Source: a bacterium (GTDB lineage: Bacteria; Patescibacteriota; Minisyncoccia; Phycocordibacterales; UBA2100). Taken from it: a stretch of DNA of 64,000 nucleotides. Below, one piece after another: positions 27,240-36,641 of this stretch. The stretch covers positions 227,857-291,856 of the forward strand of contig JAEUQT010000002.1 in assembly GCA_016789445.1 (NCBI GenBank). The letters run 5' to 3'. A model generated the notes under the pieces. That model saw only the letters and a list, made by a program, of their open reading frames with translations, was not told where the DNA came from and did not search any database. How positions within the stretch are numbered: position 1 is the stretch's first letter; every line of letters starts with the position of its first letter. Made by a program: the position numbers and the translations under genes.

Positions 27240-28424
27240 TCAGATCTTGCGATGGGAATAGTCGACCGCGACTTCGTCGAAGAAGTTCTTATCACGCAGT
27301 GACGGTGCTGGTTCCGGAATCGCCGCGAGCGGAAGCGAGACAACCACGGTCGTTCCGCGACCGACCGCGCTGCGGACGGTGATCTTGCCGTGATGGAGGC
27401 GCACTAATTCGGAGACGATGGCGAGACCGAGTCCTGAGCCGCCTTTTGCGCGGTTACGTGACGGCTCCGCCCGATAGAACGGCTCGAAGATGTGGAAGAG
27501 ATCTTGCCGTGCAATGCCTGCCCCGGAATCGTTGACGACGATTTCTACATGCGATGCGCCGATCTGCTCGGCGACAACGGAGATCGTACCGCCGCGCGCG
27601 GTGTAATTGATGGCGTTCTTAACCAGATTGGTCAGGATCTGCTCGAGAGCAGAGTAGTTGCCCAGCACGTAGCATGACTGTGCCACCTTCGTACTTACCT
27701 CGAGGTTCCGGAGCTTCGCGAGTCCGTCTAGTTTGCGGACGACATCCCCGATCACGCTGCCGACGTCTATCGGTTTGAATTCGATGCGTTCCGGTCGCAC
27801 GGAGGCCGAGAGCGAGAGAAGATTATTGATGATGTCTGAAAGACGATCCAGCTCTTCAACGGTGCTCTCGAGCGTCTTGCGGGTTTCCGATGAGACGGTC
27901 TCGCCAAGGAGAGTGACTTCCGTGTTCGTCTTGATGATGGAGAGCGGTGTGCGCAGCTCGTGGGCGATATTACCGATGAATTGCTTCTGCGACGAGAGCG
28001 CATTTCGCGTAGGGGAGAGCGCGACGCGGGTGAGAAGGTAGCCGAAGGCGACGGTGGCGGTGGCCGTTATGACGGCGATGGCTGAAAGATTGTCCGATCG
28101 GATGTCCTCCAAGGCGGGCACGCTGCCGGAACTTCCGCCACCCATGAGGATGCTGTCGCGGACACCGGTGACGATCGCCAGCGAGATATCGTGGTAGAGA
28201 TAATCCACCAAGATCCCGATGAGGGCGAGCAGGAAGACCGAAAACGCGACAAGCATCCCGATCACGTTGATCTGCGTACGCAGGAACGGATCGAACTGGT
28301 ACTTATCCGCGAAGCCGGTAACCGATGCCGCGAACCGTTTCCAATATGCTTGGATCTCCTCCTTGAGCAAGCTTCCTTCGAAGATTCTTGACATGAACAT
28401 CGACGACGTTACTGAACGACTCAT
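27240..28424 (-). CDS. Sensor histidine kinase (2 TM, HisKA + HATPase_c)
   Basis: H-box IAHELRTPL. N-box LVKNAINYT. G-boxes DSGAGI and GGSGLGLAIV. Confidence 0.85.
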   Translation of the reverse strand: MSRSVTSSMFMSRIFEGSLLKEEIQAYWKRFAASVTGFADKYQFDPFLRTQINVIGMLVAFSVFLLALIGILVDYLYHDISLAIVTGVRDSILMGGGSSGSVPALEDIRSDNLSAIAVITATATVAFGYLLTRVALSPTRNALSSQKQFIGNIAHELRTPLSIIKTNTEVTLLGETVSSETRKTLESTVEELDRLSDIINNLLSLSASVRPERIEFKPIDVGSVIGDVVRKLDGLAKLRNLEVSTKVAQSCYVLGNYSALEQILTNLVKNAINYTARGGTISVVAEQIGASHVEIVVNDSGAGIARQDLFHIFEPFYRAEPSRNRAKGGSGLGLAIVSELVRLHHGKITVRSAVGRGTTVVVSLPLAAIPEPAPSLRDKNFFDEVAVDYSHRKI

Positions 28425-28977
28425 AATTGAAATCCCATAAGTGAGAAAGAAGGTCCTCGCGATTGATCACCTGATTCGGGTGGCGCATGAAGTACTCGAG
28501 GAGCCCGAACTCCTTAAGAGTGAGCGGGATCTCGTTGCCATCGCGAAGGACGGTGCGCTCGACGGGATTCAATTCCACGTTATCGACCTTCAGGACATCG
28601 GGCACTGCTTCGTTCGGACGACGGAGCAAGGCATGGACACGCGCAGAGAGTTCTTCGAATGAGAACGGCTTTACGAGGTAGTCGTCGGCGCCTGAAAGAA
28701 GCAGATCTACCTTCTTATCGGTCTCATTGCGTGCGGTGAGGATGAGGATCGGCACGGTGACGCCCATCTCACGGGCGCCTTTGCAGATCTCATGGCCATC
28801 CATGGAAGGGAGCATGAGGTCGAGGATTATGAGATCGTAGTCATTACGATGGAGGGAGATGCGCGTGAGCGCCTTCTTGCCATCATCGATAGTGTCGACG
28901 CTGTAGCCCTTAAGGGTGAGGCCGCGGGCGAGCGCATCAGCCAGTTTCTTCTCGTCTTCGACTATGAGTATCTTCAT
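28303..28977 (-). CDS. OmpR-family response regulator
   Basis: MKILIVEDE...DLIILDLMLP (REC). Winged-helix C-terminus VRGIGYRL. Start taken at the internal Met. Confidence 0.9.
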   Translation of the reverse strand: MKILIVEDEKKLADALARGLTLKGYSVDTIDDGKKALTRISLHRNDYDLIILDLMLPSMDGHEICKGAREMGVTVPILILTARNETDKKVDLLLSGADDYLVKPFSFEELSARVHALLRRPNEAVPDVLKVDNVELNPVERTVLRDGNEIPLTLKEFGLLEYFMRHPNQVINREDLLSHLWDFNYESFSNVVDVHVKNLRRKLAQGGDPSILETVRGIGYRLRG

Positions 28978-29346
28978 ATGGTAGTGATTTAGGGTTGCTA
29001 ACGCGCACTGCACGGCGTCATGACCTTCATAAGAGCGCCGAACTCACTGGTCTAACCATATACCGGCACTGATTAAGCTTTCATGAAGAACCTCTTCATC
29101 TAACGACGGGGGAGGGGGATAGGTCTTACAATGGCTTAAAATAAGGATTTTATGGCATCATGCCCAATCACGCATGCATCGCTGCTGCGATGTTGCGCGA
29201 CCCCGCCTCGGCGCCAAGCGCTTCCGGCCTTGCGACGGGGCCCCACCCCCGTCTCACGCTTCACTCCCGCTTAATCCCGCCTCTTCATAATCCTAGGTAC
29301 CACGCGCAACCGTGGCATGTACCTATTATCGGTTATCAATCACTCA

Positions 29347-30450
29347 TCTATGAAATCACGCATAGCATCTACAACGATCGCAGCACTCATGATGACCGCC
29401 GGCGTTGCGGCAGCGCAGTCGGTACCGGTCACGGTATCGAATCAGGGCTCGACTGTCTCGCCATCGGCGAACGCATCAGCGGTGACACTCGGCTCGTTCA
29501 CGCTCGTCTCGAATCAGAGCGCTCAGGCTAACATCGCATCAATCCCGCTTACTCTTACGACCCAGTCCGGGGGAAATCCGTCCGATCTCTCATCGTGTCA
29601 GGTCTATTCATCGAACGGTTCGGCCCTTGCCGCGAGCGGCCTTACCAATCTCTCGAACGGCACCCAGACCGTAACGTTCAACCCGCCGTTCCAGCTCGGT
29701 GGTAACCAATCCGCAAGCTTCACGGTCCGCTGTAACACTGCGGGCAATATCGCCTCTGGTGCTACCTATCAGTTCGCGGCAGGCACGCCGACGCTCTCGG
29801 GTTCGACTTCGAATCCAACCGGAGCCGCACTCAGCGTGGCTCTCGGCACGACTCCGGTCGTCCGTCCGGGTGCGCAGGACGCTCCGATGGCGGTGATATC
29901 GTTCAGTGCATCGAACTCAAACTCATCGGTACAGCTCTCTTCACTCCCGATCAGTCTCTCGTTCGCGGGAGGCGCAACCGCAGGCTCGGTGAGCGACTGT
30001 CGCGTACGACCGTTGGGTAACCTCGGTACCGCGCTTAATAGCGGGAATAACATTCCGACGGTGATCTCCGGTTCGAACGTGATCACGTTGGATAGTCCGT
30101 TGGTGGTCTCTGCAGGGAATTCGACTTCGGTCGTCTTGACGTGTGATATCTCGAGCTCAGCTCCGTCCGGTGGCACCGTGCTCGTGAGCGTCACGCCAAG
30201 TGCCATTCCGGCAACCGTTTCCGGTTCTTCCACGACGGTAACGCCGACAACGGCTACGACTTCAAGCGGCAATGCCGGTCCGACATCCGGTAGCGTGCTT
30301 ATCTCCGATAGCGCACCGGTAACCGGTGGTCCGATGATCCCCGGCGCACCGAACACCGGCTTGGGAGAGACCGGCAACCTTATGGTCCTCGCGGCTTCCG
30401 CGATCGCGATCGTACTCGGTGCCATCCTCTTGCGTCGTCGTATCGCGTAA
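29347..30450 (+). CDS. Secreted surface protein with two internal ~110-aa Cys-pair repeats and a C-terminal sorting-signal-like tail
   Basis: Signal peptide. Repeats each have two Cys (SCQVY...TVRCN; DCRVR...LTCD). The tail is PNTG...hydrophobic helix...RRRIA. Confidence 0.6.
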   Translation, partial: SMKSRIASTTIAALMMTAGVAAAQSVPVTVSNQGSTVSPSANASAVTLGSFTLVSNQSAQANIASIPLTLTTQSGGNPSDLSSCQVYSSNGSALAASGLTNLSNGTQTVTFNPPFQLGGNQSASFTVRCNTAGNIASGATYQFAAGTPTLSGSTSNPTGAALSVALGTTPVVRPGAQDAPMAVISFSASNSNSSVQLSSLPISLSFAGGATAGSVSDCRVRPLGNLGTALNSGNNIPTVISGSNVITLDSPLVVSAGNSTSVVLTCDISSSAPSGGTVLVSVTPSAIPATVSGSSTTVTPTTATTSSGNAGPTSGSVLISDSAPVTGGPMIPGAPNTGLGETGNLMVLAASAIAIVLGAILLRRRIA

Positions 30451-30468
30451 TCCAACGCGCTGATACTT

Positions 30469-30497
30469 CAAAAGCCCCGCATTCGCGGGGCTTTTGC
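30469..30497. terminator. Bidirectional rho-independent terminator (agccccgc-attc-gcggggct)
   Basis: 8-bp GC stem flanked by AAAA and TTTT. Lies between convergent genes. Confidence 0.7.
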
Positions 30498-32557
30498 TAT
30501 GCACGAGCCTTCTCGATGTGTGCGAATACTCCTTCTATCTCAGCGAGTCCGACGGGCTTGGTGAGGTGGTAATCGAATCCGGCACTCTTCGCGCGTTGTT
30601 TATCCTCGTCCTGTCCGTAGCCGGTAAGGGCGATGAGTGCGGAATCAGTCTCTTCTTCGCGGAGATTGCGAGCAACCTCGTACCCATCCATGTCCGGAAG
30701 ACCGATATCCAAGAGGATGATATGCGGCGCTTCGCGTCGCGCAACGGTGATGGCGTCAGCGCCGGCAAAGGCGAGCTTCACCTCATGTCCTCGTAACGTA
30801 AGCAGCTTCCCGAGACCCTGCGCTGCTTCGGTATTGTCGTCGACGACCAAGATCTTGAACGAGCTCGACACCAGTGGTCGTTCGGGTGCGCGAGCTGTCA
30901 GAGGTGAGATTGAAAGATGCACGGCGCTTGCCGGTAGGTGCAAGGTGAACGTACTTCCGTTGCCGAGACCCCGGCTTTCCGCCGTAATCGAGCCGTCGTG
31001 CATTTCCGCTAACTTCCGTACGACGGAGAGTCCGATGCCGAGGCCGCTGGTGCGTTTCGAGGGGACTTGCTGGAACGGTTCGAATACACGATCGAGCATC
31101 TCAGGCTGGATGCCGATCCCGTTGTCACGCACCGCAACGGCGAGGCCGCTGTCTTCGCGATGCGCAATGACTTCGATCGTCCCGCCGCGCTCAGTGTATT
31201 TCGCGGCGTTCGTGAGGAGGTTCACGAGCATCTGTTCAAATCGCACCGGATCGACATGCATCCAGATCTTCCCGTCGGGCATATCCGTTTCTATCCGATG
31301 CTGCCGGAGATCCATGAGCGGCTTCGCGATCTCGATCGCTTTTTCCACCGCAGGTCTCAGTTCGACATCTTCGCGCTTGAGTTCGAAGGTAGCCTGCGTG
31401 ATACGGGACATATCGAGGAGATCGTCGAGCAGATGTCCCATGGTCCGTACACGCTCTTCGGCGGCACTGAGCATCCGTGTTTCCTCGGGATCACCCTCAT
31501 CGCCGCGTTTGAGCTTGAGGAGTTCGACCGTGGAGAGAAGCGGTGCGAGCGGATTGCGAAGCTCGTGCGCCAAGACGGCGAGGAATTCGCTTTTTGCCTG
31601 ATTCTGGTGACTGAGCTGCGCAAGCGCATCCTCGAGACGGCCGACATGGGTGCGGAGCATGGTATTGATGGTCTTGCGTTCTTCTTCGATACCGACGAGA
31701 ACGAAGAAAATCACCGTGATGATGTTGAGGAATATCTCGACATTGAATATACGAACACCCATCTGCTCCGGTGCAATCGCGTGCGGCCCGTAGAGTACTC
31801 CCGCGATGGCATTCACGGTTACGAAGAGGAGCGCCGCGGTCATCAGTCGAGGTCCCAGGCGGAGCGCGATCCAAAAGAGCGGGATAAGGAGGAAGTAGAC
31901 CAAAGAAACACCCGCGAATCGGACGTTATCGGTCCAGAAAAGCGGTATCGTAATTCCTGTGAGCAGAACAAGGGCGATCACTATCTCAGCAGTTTGTGCC
32001 CTCGTGCGGGGATGCAGGCGCGGTTTACCTATCCAGCGGATGAGGAAGGATCCTACGACCAACATGCTGAGCAGCGTTCCCGCCCACCACGTGCCCCAGG
32101 TCACCGTGAGCGGCAAGGCGTCGCCCAGCCACATGTCGATGGCACGGATTCCGAAGCCGGCGCTCGGGAGTATCATCGAGATAATGAGCGAGATCGACAT
32201 GAACGTAAAGACATCACGTCGTCGACCGAAGAGAGGATCGAATCCTGCTTTTTTAAGAAGATAGGCACCGGCGAGCGCCTGTATCGTGTTCACGATCGGG
32301 AATCCGATCATCGAGATTGCTGAGGAACCGTTGATGATGAGGTTCGTGAGCGAGGCAAGATAGATCGCCGGCCACATCGTAAGGCCGCCGAGGACGAGCC
32401 CGGCGAGCCCGACGCCCGCTGCAGGTGAAATGACCGCGGGGGAGAAGAAAAGATAGCGACTGAGTTGGGATGATGCGAGGAATGCTCCGAAAATGACCAG
32501 AGCTATCAGCCATTCGCGTTTTCCCGAAGGCAGATACTTCGCGCGGATAGCAGCCAT
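30497..32557 (-). CDS. Hybrid sensor histidine kinase: ~8-TM membrane sensor domain (MASE1-like), HisKA, HATPase_c and a C-terminal REC
   Basis: AHELRNPLAPL (H-box), NLLTNAAKYT, DNGIGI, GLGIGLS. REC domain ILVVDDN...LLDIGLPDMDG. Paralogue at 47906-49969. Confidence 0.85.
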   Translation of the reverse strand: MAAIRAKYLPSGKREWLIALVIFGAFLASSQLSRYLFFSPAVISPAAGVGLAGLVLGGLTMWPAIYLASLTNLIINGSSAISMIGFPIVNTIQALAGAYLLKKAGFDPLFGRRRDVFTFMSISLIISMILPSAGFGIRAIDMWLGDALPLTVTWGTWWAGTLLSMLVVGSFLIRWIGKPRLHPRTRAQTAEIVIALVLLTGITIPLFWTDNVRFAGVSLVYFLLIPLFWIALRLGPRLMTAALLFVTVNAIAGVLYGPHAIAPEQMGVRIFNVEIFLNIITVIFFVLVGIEEERKTINTMLRTHVGRLEDALAQLSHQNQAKSEFLAVLAHELRNPLAPLLSTVELLKLKRGDEGDPEETRMLSAAEERVRTMGHLLDDLLDMSRITQATFELKREDVELRPAVEKAIEIAKPLMDLRQHRIETDMPDGKIWMHVDPVRFEQMLVNLLTNAAKYTERGGTIEVIAHREDSGLAVAVRDNGIGIQPEMLDRVFEPFQQVPSKRTSGLGIGLSVVRKLAEMHDGSITAESRGLGNGSTFTLHLPASAVHLSISPLTARAPERPLVSSSFKILVVDDNTEAAQGLGKLLTLRGHEVKLAFAGADAITVARREAPHIILLDIGLPDMDGYEVARNLREEETDSALIALTGYGQDEDKQRAKSAGFDYHLTKPVGLAEIEGVFAHIEKARA

Positions 32558-32765
32558 AAATATAGGATTGTAGATTTTTAGAGTGAACGCTTCATGAAGA
32601 GGAGGTCGAGACCGTGTGTAATTCCGCCCCTCGAACTCAATGTTACTGAGAACGTGCGGTCGACATCTACTGCGATGGGTCGTGGGAGCGGCATATTCGC
32701 TGCGCGAGGTTCTCAGGCCGGAATTACATACGGTCTCTTGGGGGGAGGTAAGGTATACTCACTAG

Positions 32766-33353
32766 ATGTCACAAGAACATCTGGCGGTGCGGCCGCACGA
32801 CAAGATGGTCGAAGTCCTGATGGATCCGGCGGGGGTGGGTCCTTCGGTGCATTACTACATGATCCGCGGAGGCACTGATCGGAAGAATATAACCGTATGG
32901 GAACCAGGGACCATCAGCGGGGAATACATCAAGACGTATGGTCACTATCACATCGGCCAATTGGACGAGACCTATTGGGTACTTTTCGGCGAAGGAGTCA
33001 TCCTCCAGCAGAAGCTCGTCGAGGACAACGGGGCGCATCAGGCTGATCGAGTTGAATTGTTCCGAGCCATCGTGGTAAAGCCGGGGGATTCCGTATATAT
33101 GCCACCAGGACACGGTCATCTTGCTGTGAATATCGGGAAGACGTATTTCGTCACCGCCGATGATTCACCGGTCAACTTCGGCGACAAGGATCCGGTATCT
33201 ATGCCGGGACATGCTGACTACGAGATGGTCAAACAGATGCATGGATTCGCGTATTACGTCATCGAGAAAGACGGCAAACCCGCACTGAAAAAGAATCCGC
33301 TCTACACAGAAGTGCAAAAGACCGATTTCGGGGGACTTCCTGTCGTAGAATAG
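32766..33353 (+). CDS. Cupin-type glucose-6-phosphate isomerase-like protein (archaeal cPGI family)
   Basis: TYGHYHIGQLDETYWV (metal ligands H, H, E) and VYMPPGHGHLAVNIG align with Pyrococcus cPGI TKGHFHAKLDRAEVYV / VYVPPYWAHRTVNIG. Confidence 0.55.
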   Translation: MSQEHLAVRPHDKMVEVLMDPAGVGPSVHYYMIRGGTDRKNITVWEPGTISGEYIKTYGHYHIGQLDETYWVLFGEGVILQQKLVEDNGAHQADRVELFRAIVVKPGDSVYMPPGHGHLAVNIGKTYFVTADDSPVNFGDKDPVSMPGHADYEMVKQMHGFAYYVIEKDGKPALKKNPLYTEVQKTDFGGLPVVE

Positions 33354-33490
33354 GGATATGAAAAAATGGCGCGAGGCGGGTGAGAAAGCGCAGTGCGCTT
33401 TCGCAAGGGCGCAGGACTGGTCCGAGCCGGGACCGCACAAAATCGCAGCAGCGATTTATGTGTGGTCGCGCAATTTTTCAGCAGAAAAAT

Positions 33491-34726
33491 ATGCGTGACC
33501 AAGGAAAAACACGACAATTTCCCGAGGGTTTTTACTGGGGCGCAGCAACCGCTGCCTATCAGGTCGAGGGAGGTATAGAAACGACCGATTGGGCGCAGGC
33601 GGCACGGGAAGGGAAGGTTCCGAAATGCGGTCGGGCGTGCGATCACTACAATCGTTACGAGGAGGATTTCGATATCGCAGTGGAGTTGGGGCATAACTGC
33701 CACCGCATCTCCGTGGAATGGGCCCGAATCGAGCCTGAAGAGGGAAGATTCGATGATGCGGAGATCGAGCATTACCGCGTGGTCCTTTCTGCGCTGCGTG
33801 CACGTCGCCTCAAGCCGTTCATAACGCTCTGGCACTTCACGCTGCCGCAGTGGCTCGCGGATAAGGGAGGGTTCGAGCATCCTGACGCACCGAAACTCTT
33901 TGCGCGGTATTGCGAATATGTCACGAAGAAGCTCGGGAACGATTGTCGGCATTTCTCAACGATGAATGAGCCGCTGGTTTTCGCGTCGAATGGCTGGCGT
34001 CGCGGGAGCTGGCCTCCATTCAAGAAATGGCCTCTTATGGACAGGTTCAAATACATCCCGGGACACCGGCTTTCGGATGAAAACGTCAGCATCGGCAATG
34101 TCTTCAGGTATTTCCATATCGTACGTCAGCTGGTGCGGGCACATAACCTTGCCTATAAAGCCATGAAGAAAGCAGCCTTCGGCTGTGAGGTCGGTCTCGT
34201 GCATCAGGTCATACTCTTCCATCATGATGGCAAGTTACGGAACCGGATACTTGCGGCGCTCATGAATTGGCACTGGACACATAGTTTCATCCGCCGTGTA
34301 TATCGACACAGCGATTCGATCGGCGTCAATTATTACCTCCACAAGAAATTCGGCGATACGAAAGTGTACGAAAAGACCGATATGGGATGGGACGTGTATC
34401 CTGAAGGCCTTTGCAATGCGCTCCTGATGCTCAAGCGTTACCAGCTCCCGCTGTGGGTTTCCGAAGCGGGTGTTGCCGATGCGACAGATCGCATCCGTGC
34501 CGATTACATTACGCGCCTCATCCGGTGTATGCATGTAGCCCTCGAGAAAGGGGCTGATGTACGCGGCTACATGTATTGGTCGCTCCTGGATAACTACGAA
34601 TGGGCACAGGGCTTCGAGAAGCGTTTCGGCCTCGTAGAGATCGATTTCGAAACCCTTGAGCGGAAGATCCGCCCGTCCGCATACGTGTATAAGGAAATAA
34701 TCGATGCCAATGCCTTGCTAGAATAG
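33491..34726 (+). CDS. Glycoside hydrolase family 1 (beta-glucosidase / 6-phospho-beta-glucosidase-like)
   Basis: FPEGFYWGAATAAYQVEGG, TMNEP (acid/base), WVSEAG (nucleophile region), MYWSLLDNYEW. Confidence 0.85.
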   Translation: MRDQGKTRQFPEGFYWGAATAAYQVEGGIETTDWAQAAREGKVPKCGRACDHYNRYEEDFDIAVELGHNCHRISVEWARIEPEEGRFDDAEIEHYRVVLSALRARRLKPFITLWHFTLPQWLADKGGFEHPDAPKLFARYCEYVTKKLGNDCRHFSTMNEPLVFASNGWRRGSWPPFKKWPLMDRFKYIPGHRLSDENVSIGNVFRYFHIVRQLVRAHNLAYKAMKKAAFGCEVGLVHQVILFHHDGKLRNRILAALMNWHWTHSFIRRVYRHSDSIGVNYYLHKKFGDTKVYEKTDMGWDVYPEGLCNALLMLKRYQLPLWVSEAGVADATDRIRADYITRLIRCMHVALEKGADVRGYMYWSLLDNYEWAQGFEKRFGLVEIDFETLERKIRPSAYVYKEIIDANALLE

Positions 34727-34730
34727 CGAA

Positions 34731-35636
34731 GTGGCAACGTGGCTCGCACTCGCGATCGGCGCGCAATTCATAACGGCGATCACCGTCTTGATCGACCGGC
34801 ATATCCTCGTGCGCTCGGAGCATATCGGCAAACCCATCGTGTATGCGTTTTATGTAAGCCTGCTTTCAGGTTTCGTAATCGTCCTTGCGCCATTCGGACT
34901 CATTGCCGCGCCGACCATCGGTGTCGTAGGGTTCTCGCTTGCTCAGGCGTTCGGGTTCCTCGCGGCGATCTACTGTCTCTATGCGGCATTGAAAGCAGCG
35001 CGTGCCTCGGATGTCGCTCCGGTTGTCGGTGCGGTATCGGCGATCGTGAGCCTCGTCCTTGCGGGAATCTGGATCGAAGGGGATATCTCGGGCACGCTCG
35101 TCCCCCCGGTCCTCCTTCTCGCGGCCGGAACCGCACTCATCTCGCATTTCCATTTCCGCAAGCATTCGCTCCTTTTCGCGCTTGCGGCAGGCGCGCTCTT
35201 CGGCCTCACCGTGTTCCTGTCGAAACTGGTGTATCTGCAGACCGCATTCCTTGATGGGTTCTTCTGGACGCGGACGATGTGTATCGTTGCGGCGCTGGTG
35301 CTTCTTGTTATTCCGGCGTGGCGTTCCGCAATTCTCCATGGAGGCAGGAAATCATCCGGAGGGACGAAGGCGCTCGTTATCGGCAACAAGCTGCTTGCCG
35401 GAGTTGCTGGCGTCATGACGGCGCTCGCGATCTCGCTCGGCAGCGTATCAGTCGTGAATGCGCTTGCGGGGCTGCAGTTCGTGTTCCTTTTCATATTCGC
35501 GTTCCTCTTTGCCGAGTACATGCCGGTCGGCGAGGCCAAAAAGACCGGCTCACATGGCGGATGGCAGAGTGCGCTCGGCGTCTCTCTCATCGTACTCGGT
35601 CTCGGGCTCCTCTATGCGGTCCATGCACCGATATGA
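34731..35636 (+). CDS. Polytopic membrane protein (~10 TM, DMT/EamA-like topology), GTG start
   Basis: Uniformly hydrophobic 301-aa ORF. ATGA overlap with the next gene. Sits in the sugar operon, so possibly a transporter. Confidence 0.6.
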   Translation: MATWLALAIGAQFITAITVLIDRHILVRSEHIGKPIVYAFYVSLLSGFVIVLAPFGLIAAPTIGVVGFSLAQAFGFLAAIYCLYAALKAARASDVAPVVGAVSAIVSLVLAGIWIEGDISGTLVPPVLLLAAGTALISHFHFRKHSLLFALAAGALFGLTVFLSKLVYLQTAFLDGFFWTRTMCIVAALVLLVIPAWRSAILHGGRKSSGGTKALVIGNKLLAGVAGVMTALAISLGSVSVVNALAGLQFVFLFIFAFLFAEYMPVGEAKKTGSHGGWQSALGVSLIVLGLGLLYAVHAPI

Positions 35637-36637
35637 TCCGATTTCTCTTCCATATCTCATTGATAGCGCTCGCACTCTTCGCGGGATTCGTGTTCTTTAC
35701 GGTCAAGCCGATCGCGCAGAGCGTTTCGTACGGCATGTCGTTCAGTACGATGCATGCCGAGGAACTCGGGTTGGATTGGAAGGAAGTCTACCGCGCCGCA
35801 CTGGATGATCTCGGTATCAGGAGATTCCGCATCCCCGCGTATTGGCCGGAAACAGAACCCGAGCGCGATCACTATGATTTCAGTACACTCGATTACCAGC
35901 TGAGTGAGGCAAAGAAGCGCGACGCGAAAGTCATCCTTGCGATCGGTCGAAGGCTTCCGCGATGGCCGGAGTGCCACACGCCGCGATGGGTGGGATACAT
36001 GCCGTGGGAAGAGCAGAAAGAAGAGATCCGCCAATACCTGACGCTTGTCGTCGATCGATATCGGAATGACCCGACGATCACGCATTGGCAGGTGGAGAAC
36101 GAGCCGTACCTCAATGCATTCGCGAATGAGATCTGCGGAGACCTCGACGAGGATTTCCTCATGGAAGAAATCGCGCTGGTGAAAGGGCTGGACCCCCATC
36201 GGCCGATCCTCGTGACTGATAGCGGTAATCTCGGGCTCTGGTGGAAGCCCTATAAGCATGGCGATTCGTTCGGTACGAGCATGTACATCTACTTCTCAAA
36301 TCCTGAGCTTGGCGAATTCAAGACGAAACTACCGCCCATCGTGTATCGCATGAAGGAGCGTCTGATGGAGATCGCCTTCGGACCGAAGGAGACGTTCCTT
36401 ATCGAGCTTTCATTGGAACCATGGCTTACGGAGCCGACCGCACAGGCTTCGATAGAAGAACAGTTCGCGCGGATGGACGCATCGAAATTCGATGAGATCC
36501 TTGCCTATGCCAAAGAGACCAGCTTCGAGCAGCAGTATCTCTGGGGGGTCGAATGGTGGTACTACATGCGCCAGAAAGGGCACCCTGAATTCTGGGAGAA
36601 GGCAAGAGGCATCTTCCGCCCGAATGCGGCACAATAG
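35633..36637 (+). CDS. Membrane-anchored glycoside hydrolase, clan GH-A TIM barrel (GH5/GH42-like)
   Basis: N-terminal TM. FRIPAYWPETEPERDHYDFSTLD and WQVENEP (catalytic acid/base motif). Confidence 0.6.
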   Translation: MIRFLFHISLIALALFAGFVFFTVKPIAQSVSYGMSFSTMHAEELGLDWKEVYRAALDDLGIRRFRIPAYWPETEPERDHYDFSTLDYQLSEAKKRDAKVILAIGRRLPRWPECHTPRWVGYMPWEEQKEEIRQYLTLVVDRYRNDPTITHWQVENEPYLNAFANEICGDLDEDFLMEEIALVKGLDPHRPILVTDSGNLGLWWKPYKHGDSFGTSMYIYFSNPELGEFKTKLPPIVYRMKERLMEIAFGPKETFLIELSLEPWLTEPTAQASIEEQFARMDASKFDEILAYAKETSFEQQYLWGVEWWYYMRQKGHPEFWEKARGIFRPNAAQ

Positions 36638-36641
36638 TGAT

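Noticed and set aside
26700-27240. RNase P RNA, tmRNA, SRP RNA or 6S RNA in the long structured gap
   Set aside because: I could not find the P4/CR-I/CR-V consensus, a tRNA-like T-arm with a resume-codon tag ORF, or the SRP domain-IV GGAA/AGCAG loop. The identity of the structured region stays open and is reported as a finding instead.
35279-35632. Long N-terminal extension of the glycanase ORF (track start 35279). Similar extensions occur for tmk (to 10105), thyA (10442), ROK kinase (36492), GH1 (33380) and the Pro-rich protein (43676).
   Set aside because: The extensions overlap the preceding genes. The internal Mets coincide with conserved N-termini, RBS-like sequences or ATGA overlaps with the upstream stop.
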